From Magallana gigas (lineage: Eukaryota), in NCBI RefSeq assembly GCF_963853765.1, contig NC_088854.1, positions 44,578,001 through 44,642,000 on the forward strand: DNA of 64,000 nt. Direction: 5' to 3'. Shown one piece after another: positions 21,695 to 32,800 of this stretch. How positions within the stretch are numbered: position 1 is the stretch's first letter; each line of letters begins with the position of its first letter. The notes under the pieces are model-generated. The model had not been told where the DNA came from. It did no database searches and saw nothing but the letters and a program-made list of their open reading frames with translations. The translations under genes and the position numbers were made by a program.

Positions 21695-24415
21695 ATTTCA
21701 TATTTGTCTTCTTTTGTACAGGAGTTTTATTGTGTTTTGCATGGGTTTTTGTATTTCCTTTCCATTCCGTCCATGTCCATGCTGTTAATGATTTATTCCC
21801 TTGGAAATTTGCATGTGGTATCCTGGGGAACACGGGAAACTAAAGAAACACCGACACAACAAACAAACCAAGCTACAACTACAAAATCAGCCAGATCATC
21901 GACGTTATTAGACTCGTTTGGTCTTGGTGAAGAGAAATCTGAATATTTGTTATCATGTGGAAAATTTATTAGGTATGGTTGAATTGGATTAATTTATAAT
22001 CATAATACAGCTTACTGATACAGTGTGTTTGTTCTTTATTTTTTTTTAGAAAGCGGCTTTGATTTCATATTGATTATCACATATTTGATAAATTGTAAGT
22101 GTTATTTGAAACCTTAAAGATGTTGTCCAGTAAAGAGAACAGACGACAGACCATTCAGAATTATACTGGAGAGACTTGACGGCATAGAAGCTCAAATAAT
22201 GAAAGATACAGAGGAGTATAAACCAGAGGAACAGAAAGAGGAAGAAAATGTTCATTTTTCAAGTCTAAGCGACATGATTGATGGACATATAGAACGAAGT
22301 ATGCATCATTTATAGACATAATTATTGAGAATAGTTTCTATAGCAACTGAACTTGTTTAACACATTTTAATGTGTTTCAGGCAATCCATTATTTAACGAC
22401 GAAGAGCACAAGCACATGATGAATTCTCAGACATGGATGGACGACAACGATCTAAAAAGGGGATCTGTTGCTGTACTGGACAATGAAGAAAAACTCTTTT
22501 GGGAAGAATTCATACCAAAGTATTTGAAGCCACTAGATACCGATAAAGAACATGAAAAACAGGTATTTGTTTTTGTTGACGCTTTTGTTAGCTTACCTGA
22601 GTATGACATTCTCGGGTGAATTTCGGCGTTCATCAGCATAGGTTAGGAAAAGAGGAAAATAAAGAAAATACCTCTAAAGATGTTATTTCTAAAATTGGAT
22701 TGGAAGAACAGAGGTAGGGATGGGGATCGGTGAAAAAGAAAAATTAATTTGAGGAAAAAATATGAAGAGAAAGTAGTATGAAACATTTTTTCTTTAAAAA
22801 AGATGTAATCCTGAGAGTCATAAAGAGGTCATACGTGGGGAAGTCCCATTTCACATTAGAAAAACCTAGAAAAAAATCATAGAGGCAGATATCTGTTAAA
22901 TTTAACGGATTGCATTCTACTTCTGGAAATGAATTCAAATATAAACAAATGGAATCAGAAAGAACTACTTTTGATCGGAAGGGACATCTTCAACGTAGAA
23001 TCACATATTAAAAAAGTCACAAAAAGTTAATAAATGCTCTAATCAAAGAATCTATATTAAAAATTGCTAAAAAAAAAAAACCAGGCTTCAATTTTCTTCA
23101 TACTAAAATCTTTTAAGGTCAGAGATAGGCAACTATTTACAAGAATATAATCGTACTAATTTGATTTTCAGTGTTCTTCACATTTTTTGTCTATTTTCAG
23201 ATGCACCAAGGTTTGATTGAACTTAGGAACAAAGTTTGTCTCGCTTTCCTGTTGATGAACGCACTCTTTGTTACAATTGTTTACGTCTTAACAGAAGTGA
23301 ATGCAAATACTAAACATGCACTTTCCGTTAAACTGCCCTGCACTGTCTCAGAGGGGCCACCTGGTCGAGGATATATAGAACCAATATCATTCGCTTTTAC
23401 GGCAATATTTGGAATCATGTTATTCTTGCAATTCATTTGCATGCTTATGCATCGAATGTCGACATTTGTTCACATTGTTGCTTCAAACAAGTTGGACTGG
23501 AAAAGGAAACTAATTGCTGGGATAACTGCTCAGACTGAAGTTCCAACTGACATTGGAGTCGAAGATGGGTTGGAAATTGTTAAAGGACTTCAAGCCGTGA
23601 AGGAAGACGATACAATATCTATTGCTTCAGTGGATACCACCTTCAGTGAAGATTCCTATAAACGTACGGAAAACAAGAGCAGAGACATGTGGAAAAGATA
23701 CACTAAGCGACTGAGGGAACAAACACAACAACAAACACAACCACAAGAATTACGTGTACAATTTGCAAAGAATTTGTCTAAATTTACCAAAGCTTTAGAA
23801 GAAGGGGATGACGCGAGCACACGGGGAATGCAAGAGGAAAATAATGCTGTTCTTTATGAACAGAAAATATCTGGGGTTAAACGGCTTCTAAAAGATAGAT
23901 TTAATAGAAAAACACTTGCCGCGGTCAGAACGATTGCTGAAAATCAACAAAGAACTAGTGAGATAAAAAGAAGAGCAACAGCTCTGAATAGAAAGAGAAT
24001 TGTTCAAAGTCGTTGGCAAGCCATTGAAGAGAAAATAAGACTAACCCAAGAAATTGATAAAGGTGTTACTAGTTATCCCGATAGGCCTACTAAAGTTGGT
24101 TTCGCGGCAGTGACCAAAGCTGCTTTGGCCCAGGAGAAAAGGAGACGCCTTGAGGAGGGAGAAGAAGTCCAAGAAACAAGCATCAGTGAAACCACATTCA
24201 AGAAACCGTACAAAAAATTAGACCATGATGAGAAAGATAATAATGAACAAAGTGAGGACAACACGCAACGTCAACCTGATCCTGAAAATCAAAGAGAAAT
24301 TTTGTTAGACATTGAAGAGAAGGGGACTGATGAAGAAGACTCAATTTCAAATTCCCAGAAGAAAGAAGAAAGTAAGGATGAGCAAGATGCATCCGTCGAA
24401 GTAACTAATTTTTAA
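16260..24415 (+). CDS. CHS: Chitin synthase (GT2, metazoan type), tandem paralog 2; complete, about 1700 aa, no myosin motor domain
   Basis: 17 exons: 16260-16323, 16636-16849, 16948-17329, 17437-18470, 18551-18647, 18731-18894, 18984-19063, 19187-19295, 19773-19926, 20357-20570, 20656-20856, 20948-21345, 21431-21595, 21722-21972, 22120-22298, 22381-22562, 23201-24415. Total 5103 nt = 1700 aa plus stop, phases consistent throughout. N-terminal WDVFR, multiple TM segments, CATMWHE, LDGD, EDR, QRRRW, SWGTRE. The first two coding exons are the least certain. Confidence 0.93.
20110..20319. mobile_element. Degenerate Kolobok-like MITE in CHS paralog 2 intron 9
   Basis: Right end CAACCAGCCTCC|TTAA and left relic CAGCTGGATGGTC match the termini of the element at 42402-42628. 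Confidence 0.45.
21604..21694 (+). repeat. (TATC)n microsatellite in the 126-nt intron 13 of CHS paralog 2
   Basis: Pure TATC run from about 21631 to 21694, with degenerate units upstream. Confidence 0.97.
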
Positions 24416-25295
24416 CGTTCATCGGGTTTAAATATCATTATGAAATATTGACAACACATCAGCATCATTAAAATTTTTAGAACATCAAAAAACTTGTAAC
24501 TGGTAATAGTTATTTTTATTATGTAAATATTTTGTTATAAAATAAAGATTAAAGATGTAAGATGTATTAAGTTTGAGAATTTGAAAACAAAAAATAACAT
24601 GTTACTCATAACTTGAAAAATAGCTAATATGAAATAAAAATCATCAAGATATGCATTAAAACTTTTTTTTAAAATTCGGTATTGAATTATATTGACATGA
24701 ATAACGAAAAAAAATGTATTCAAACAATTTTCGACTTTGTACTTGGAACAAACAAAAAATCCAGATATGATTTGCAAATACATATATAGATTAACAAGAA
24801 AATGTTCCAGTCATGTTGACATATCATATGTATATAAATATCACGTGTCTGTAACGTCAACAGAAATGACAGATAAGATTATATAAAATGATATGGCTTG
24901 ATATAATAATTTGGGGAAATACCACAAGCTGCAACGAAGGAAAGAAAATATCATAAAACAAAGGTTAGGTGATGACATATATTTTCTCGATTATCAGTAT
25001 TTTATAAAACGAGATAAACCAAAATAAATCAAGATAAAGTCGTAAAAAATGATAACCTTTCAGTGTATGATATATTTGTATGATTAAATTACAGGCATGA
25101 AGCACATATATACATTGATCTATATTGGGATTTTTAGAACAGCTTATTGAAGCCCTGAGGACCGGGGTATTTTTAAATAAGAATTTAATGTGTTTTAGTG
25201 ATATTGAGATTTTAAAATCCTATTAAAAGTGCTCCGTTTTCGTCTTTTATCATCTTTATAAGAAGAATAGTTCTATATCAAGATTATGAGAAAAA

Positions 25296-25430
25296 NNNNN
25301 NNNNNNNNNNNNNNNNNNNNNNNNNNNNNNNNNNNNNNNNNNNNNNNNNNNNNNNNNNNNNNNNNNNNNNNNNNNNNNNNNNNNNNNNNNNNNNNNNNNN
25401 NNNNNNNNNNNNNNNNNNNNNNNNNNNNNN
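25296..25430. other. Assembly gap (135 N)
   Basis: N run. Confidence 0.99.
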
Positions 25431-26027
25431 TAGCTTAAAACATCTGATGGTCAATTTATTGACCTCCAACCTTGTTGAACTAAATCATTATCGCTTGATA
25501 AATGTCAAGAAAGCGATTGTCGACTCAATAAAAAAAAATAAAAGTGATAAAAAATGTTAAATCAAAGAAGTCAATATTTTGAATGATTTACTGAATGCAA
25601 TTACAAAACACAATAAGATTAATATGATACATGTATATTATGCTTCTGATTATGGACATGTAGATTTTACCGCTTATTTGAAAGAGTTTACACTGAACAT
25701 GAAACAAGCATATTGGCGAATTCAATGCTTTCTGTTTGCCAAGCTTGAAACCAGACTTTATATGCATGTGAAGTCAAAATAAAAGTGACATTAGATCAAA
25801 CTCCCAGTAAACAAAGTAAGATGGTTTGAACATAATTTGTACATCTGTTGGTGTGTTTACTTGCTTGAATGGATTGTCAAGGACTTGAAAAGAGCAAATT
25901 TAAAACATATTTTAGGCTATTATTGATCATATATGGGTAAAGAAAGATTAAAAATTTACGTCATGAGGATTTTTTTTGTTTATTATCTCTTATTTTAAGC
26001 AAATATGATTAAAACTTATTGCATTGG

Positions 26028-26029
<2 letters not shown>

Positions 26030-26096
<67 letters not shown>
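26030..26096. repeat. (TA)n microsatellite
   Basis: Perfect TA run. Confidence 0.98.
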
Positions 26097-26098
<2 letters not shown>

Positions 26099-29000
26099 GC
26101 CTTAAATAACATTTTCTGAATCAAAACTATAAGAATTCTTTTGTAATCAATTACCCGAAGGCCTTGAACTTTTCTTTTAAAAATATGATAATATTATTAG
26201 TTTAAAGTGAAATGATGTTTCAGACAAGATTAAACTAACGTTGCTACATGTACAATACAAGTAAGGGAAATCTACGCGAACAATACCTCTCCTTGATTAT
26301 CAGAAAATTATTAAAATGAATGAATTTTTTTTAAAATGCTATATATTGCTATATTTAAGTAGATGTACCTGTAATAATGTACCCCCCCCCTTTTTCGGGG
26401 GGGGGGGGGCTATCTTTTTTTATTTCCAGAAAACGTCAAATGAAAATATCAGGAGCGGGCTACATGTAAATACGTTACTGCAGCTATTATATATGGTTTT
26501 ACAATAATTCAATATCAAAACTTATAAACGAACATATCCATTCAGCTTTGTCATAATTTAAAGAAGATAATGAGCCTAGTATAATAAGACATGTTACCTG
26601 ATAATAAACCAAAAGTATTCCCATAAACTGCAGACTTGTGCTAGCTACTGTTTTGTCTTTGGTTCGTCCTTTTAAAAAGTCCTGCTCATCGGAACTCGAC
26701 ATTAAAAAAAAATTGTTTTCACATACCTCTGCAAGCTGGCTTCGTTCGGATGTGATGTCGAAATGAGATTTAAAACTGAATTCTACAATCTCTGTTAAAA
26801 AATAAAATAACTGTCAAAAACTTCAATCATTCATAATTTTATTTTCATTGACCTTTCTATTTACAGGTATAAGAAAATAAATATGGTGTTGAAGACAACA
26901 GTGTGCATTCATCAATCGTACAATATCTTTTCACACGTGGTTTAAAAAATATTACTGTAATAACAATAAATTGAAGTTAAAAATATGCTTAAGATCCTTT
27001 AAACAAACATATATAGTATTTCTTTATTCGGAAGCATTAACACTTGTTTGGCACATATCAGTTACAATCTTTCACATCAATTTGTTTTACTGTGTCAAAG
27101 CAGAACAGAAACAATATTGCTATCACCATGGATAAAACAGTTGTATAAATGTCTAGGAAATCAAACATTGTAGGCATTAGCTGTCTATTGAAAAACTGTC
27201 TATATTCTGAAGTATACCTATGATGTTTTAACTAAGTTACAAATAATAGCTGAACATCATCAAATAATGAATTGAAATGAAGCTAAAGGATTTTTATTTT
27301 TCTTATAAAAATCTTCATTTATTTAGAAAGCTGGACAAAACATATGTAAGACACATGAGCCACGTACCATTTAATTGTAACATTTGAATTGTCAAATCAA
27401 TTCAAAGAGAATCTAATATCAATCAAATTGTAGAAAATTTATATGACCGAAAGGGTTTTTTCACAAATATAATTAATGTAAGGTACAATTCATTGGGATA
27501 TGCAGAATACAGGTTTTGAAATTTTTCTGATATATGGCATAAATATTTCAGCTTCATATTCCTATGAATACGCATTTACATGTAGTTACTGTTTTCCCTA
27601 ATTACCGGTAGATGATATATTAGTACATCTATAAGTATTGACTGTTTTGTTATCAGTATTACTAATACATAGGTTAATATGACGAAATGAATTTTCCACA
27701 TGTACAGATTATATTTTGTTAAGAATCCAACATACATTTCAAATTTGCAAAGCCAATGAAAAGGTGTGTACGTTGCCAATTCTAATACTCGTGAAAAATA
27801 TTTCATAGTTTCACATGAATATTACACAAAATGATTAAAACAAAAAACATAAACGAGATTGAGACAAACGGTGCACCATGATATGATGTATATACTATAT
27901 AGATCTATTACATGTATATACACACATGAGATTTTGAACACAATATTCTTCACAAAAAGATACTTTTATCACAATTTATATGTCACTTGTTTCCAATTGA
28001 AGGCACTTAATCAAAGGACAAGGAATGTTTGTTGAATTTTTTTTTTTTCACAATGTGATGTAATAATGGAGACTGTATTCAATGTAAATTAAATTCAATT
28101 GAAGGCATGTGAATACAAGTTGTAAATTCATCAAGATACATTTTATAAATTATGTCACATTTTTTGAAAATAAAAATGTATAGCAGGTTATGTCAGAAGC
28201 ATATATATTTTGAGATTTTATACCAAATCAACAAAATTTCGCTTGTGAATATTTGAATAGCGAGAAAAAATTTTAAATTCGCAAAACTTCAAGTGACAAA
28301 ATAAATTATACACTCTAATTACATCATTACTTCAAAAATATGTTTGAGAAAAAGCTTTTAACTTCTGGTATTTTTTGCCTAAAAATAAAATGTATATTTT
28401 ATTTCTACTAATACATGTATCTGATTTATGATTCTGTAAAATTTTACAGGATTCTTTTCCATTTAATAACCTCCATTGTCACATTTATAGATTGAGACTT
28501 TTAAAAAGAGGCAAAAGTGTATTTCATTGATAAACAAATGCATCATTTGATATAACATTAGAGTTTGAAAAAAGTCAATATTATAAATATCGGTCTTTTT
28601 AGAAAATAAAATACAACCATATATTGCAGTAAAAGACAACAAATATTAATAAATTACGTTAAAATATTTAGCAAGAAATAGGTACACACAAAAAAAACCA
28701 TGGATGATTATCATGAGCATCGATACCACCATTCACAGGCAAGACTAAATAGCCAACAGCACATAAAACACGAGTACCTCCATACCAGTACAATGGAAAC
28801 AAAGGATCTTTCTAGGATTTTAAACAAGATTAAATCTTAGGTTTACATATAAGTTTAAATTCATCACACAAGGTTTTTTCATCACCAGATCTTGAAACTA
28901 AGGTGGAAAAGACCCCTCATTTTTTTGGATCAAGAATTATTCATCCCTACATGTATGTACATGAAATGGGATATTCTTTATATTCTATCACATGCTATTA

Positions 29001-29339
29001 ACCTTAACTTATCCTCAGAATTTTCACAATACATGTAACTATTTAGAAAATCAAGATTTTTATCCTTGTGTCAGAATAGCTATAGGAACCTCCATATATT
29101 CTTAATTTTTTTTATATTTTCATCTTGTTGGAGTAGAGACTCACATGCAGTTTGATGTACAAAACTTTGTACTGGCCTTATTTAACTGGATATTAAAATT
29201 AACAGTCATTTGATAAAAAGTATTTTCAAACTTGAATTAATTAAAATATACTGTATAACATTCGACTGACTAGATAGGTAGATTCTATATGTTCAGTGAC
29301 TAAGTCCTACTTCAATTATTGCTACAAATAATATTGTTA

Positions 29340-29706
29340 TACTTTCATGTTAAATACTGAAATCTGATTGGTTAAGACGCAGTTAATAATATTTACTATT
29401 ACCCTCAGCGTTAGCAACGCCTTTGGCAACGGGTAACATTAAAAAATGTTACATGCGCGAAAATTATGCGCGTACGGTTCGCTGTAGAATTCACGTTATT
29501 CCTATATAAAAGCAGTAAAATTTTCTTAAAAATTTTAAAAAAGACATTCAGTACAACAAAATAAATAGTGCCTGTTTGGGAGGATAACAGTTGAAATTGA
29601 CACCCCTCGAAAACCATTGTCAACCTCCGCTTCGCGTCGGTTGACAATGGTTTTCTCGGGGTGTCAATTTCAACTGTTACCCTCCCAAACAGGCACTATT
29701 TATATA
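29340..29706 (+). mobile_element. Non-autonomous element with a large terminal hairpin (family unassigned)
   Basis: TACTTTCATGTTAAATACTGAAATCTGATTGG... followed by a hairpin of about 143 nt (29561-29703) with a CGCTTCGCG loop. A near-identical copy lies at 33769-34123. Confidence 0.85.
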
Positions 29707-29898
29707 CTGTGCATTGTTTGATATATACATGTACATAATAATATTACATGACATTGTTTAAAAATAAGCATCATCAGATCATCAACACATAGAAAGTACC
29801 CAAATCTAAAAAAATATATCAATGTTAAAATTTGTCACATCACCCTTGTAGAACATAAAAAAAATGAACTCTTTGTTAAAACCTAATCTTGGGTTTCA

Positions 29899-32800
29899 TC
29901 AGAGTTCGTCATGGTCTAATGGATTTCTATCAGCTTCAGGCTGCTGAAACATAAGAATACAACACATTTCAGGAATTGCCAAAATCTGATACATTTTACT
30001 AGCACTTTGTCTACACTGGGTAAAAATTTAGTCACATTTGAAAAAATCAGAAATTTGATTAAATATTGCATGCTACATTTACTATGAAGTTGTAGTTTTG
30101 ATATTTCCCCTACATGTACTGAGTGGAAAGGGAAAGGGATATATATGTTTAAATTACAAGCACGTTCAGATGTTTTTGTACCTGCTCTGAAACTTCTGGA
30201 AGGATTTCATGAAGATAATCTAAAAGTTCCTGTGCTTCATATATCTCTATGTCTTCACCAAAAGGATGCTACAATCAAACAGTTCACAAAATCATCTAAC
30301 AAATTTTTATTTGAATGACAAAAAAGTTTTAGACATTTCTCTAACTCTATACCTGTGTATCTTGGGACATCAAATCAAACATTTAAAAAATCATCAACGA
30401 AGTAAAATTTTATTTGAAGGACCAAAAATTTCAGACAATTTTATAACTATACCTGAGCATCCTGGCCAGGATAGATTCCCCTATAAAGTCTGATGGAGGG
30501 AAAGCCAGATAGACCAACTTGCTGGCAAAGTCCCTGGTCCCTATCACAGTTCACTTTCCCAATATTTACACGTCCTTTTAATTTCTGCAATGATCAAAAC
30601 AAAAATAGAAAATACAACGTACAAGTAAATGTGGTCAATATTTTTGCAGTAACAGCGAAAAAGGTCAAATAATCACAGGAAAAAAAAAAGAGACTTACTT
30701 TGGCTACTACCTCAATCTTAGGCCTGAACATATGACAATGGTTGCACCATGGAGCATAAAAGTCAATCAGCCATGGTTTTGAACTTCTTAACACATTCCA
30801 GTAAAAGTTATTGTTATTAATGTCTTGGAGGTTAGAAGGCACTAAATTTGATTCAAACATCCAGGCCATAATAGCTGTGGCATCTCTAGCCCAATTGTTG
30901 TAAGGACTGCAAAATACAGTTTAAATAGCTATGATCATTTCAATTCATTTCAAACACAACCAACTAAGGTTAAGAGATAAGCAGGGAACAACATATTGTT
31001 AAAATAAACTTGTATTAATGTAATAACTACATGACAAAAATACGCAATAAAAAGTCAATATACATATAGTTGTAAACTATACAATACTTTGTACTTCAAC
31101 TACTGTAGATTCCTTATTTTATGCGAGTATTAATTCCGCGATTCAACGGTTTTCCATCAAATTGCAAGAACATAAAATCGCGAATACCGAAATTTTATCA
31201 TAGTTTCATGTAGTTGACATATGTTAGAAAATTAAAAGCGAGATTTAAAAATTTGCGAGACAGGCTTCTTGTGATTTTACACGGATATTAATTCCTCGCA
31301 TTTAATTAGGAATTTACAGTAACTAACTTTATGTGACAATTAATTAAATACATGGGTTACATACTGGAACTGAGAAAAGCCCTGTTCACTTTTGCTGTAC
31401 AATCTTATGGTGGGGTAAGAGTTGACATTCTCAGAGCCACACAGGTCTCCATGGGCCTGACAATCCACCTGGCCAACTTTAACTCCATCAAAGTCTCGTA
31501 ACATCTAAAAGTTAAAAAATATCAAATGTACATGTTCATGTTTTTATTACCCTTAAGTTAGTTTTTCTTGAATATTTGTTAAATTAATATCATGCAGTAG
31601 ATCATAATCATAATAGAAGCAGTCTTATCTACTGGAAATATAATTATGTACATGTATTATCACGTGAATGTATAATTTTTTTGGTTTTGAATCAAGTGCA
31701 ACATAAAATATCAGTGGTTTGCTTGACAATTGTACCTTGGCCAGTTTCCTCCACTGTGGGGCTAGCTGCTGGCAGGGACCACACCACGGAGCAAAGAAGT
31801 CCACAAACCAGCGAGTGTCCTTGTCTGCTCCATGTACAAGCTGTGTGAACTTCTCTCTGTCCAGAACTACCACTGGAGGACTCAGTGTGTCCTACAATGT
31901 ACAAGAGCCCATTCAGTCATCAAAAGGCCTTGTATCACTTCTTTCTTAGCATGAATATATGCATGAACTTTACTCTTACAAATTCTATTTTTTAAGATAA
32001 CATATAACAGTATTTTTTCAGTGTTGTATTATGTTTTGCTTATAGCTTTGTGGTATTAACTCAAAGGAAAAACATAAATCACAAAAAATGTATTTAAAAT
32101 TATTCATATATTTCCTCTAATTTACAACATAAAAAATATAAAATTACAAATTTACCTATTTTTAAATCAAAATGCAATAAATTGCACCACAGAAAGACAA
32201 CCCAGTCCTGTATGTGGTATATATATTTACCTGTATGAATTCCAGAATATGGTAGGAGTCATGGTGGCCATGGTATTGATGAGGAATAGACTGGTTGTAG
32301 AAAATGGTGGTGGGGTACGACCGAATATTATACTGAAAAATTTGTAAAAATGTAGAATAGTGAAAGCAACAATAAACATGATTATTTGGATCAAAATTAA
32401 TCATTTATAGTACATGTAAATGAAATGAAGATAATTGTGGGATTTTTTTTTTCACTCACCACTTGACATAGATCTCCATGAATGGTACAGTCCACTGTTC
32501 CAAAGTTGACTCCACCATTGTAATCCCGTGCAGCCTTTCTGAACTCTGGTAACAGTCTCATGCAGGGGGGACACCACTGCAAAAGTAGTATTTCAATAAT
32601 TGGAATGTAATGCATGCACATGCATACACATTGTTCATAAAAGCTACTATGTTTTGAAATTCAAAACAAATCTTCCTCTCTTTTGTAACCATCCTTCCTT
32701 TAAAATTGACCTGTACCTAGAGAAAGAACTTACAGGTGCAAAGAAATCCACAAACCAGGGTTCCCTGCTATCAGGCCCGACTTTGCTGGGGTTGAAATCA

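Noticed and set aside
29411-29647. Similar ORFs at 29411-29647, 33329-33727, 33840-34064 and 34034-34240 suggesting a small gene family
   Set aside because: All lie in copies of the same hairpin repeat, occur on both strands, and show no transposase or recombinase motifs.
24415-29899. Idea that ERdj5 is functionally clustered with the chitin synthases
   Set aside because: Only adjacency supports it. DNAJC10, DCTN5 and SMPD2 are ordinary housekeeping genes and nothing in the sequence links them to chitin synthesis.
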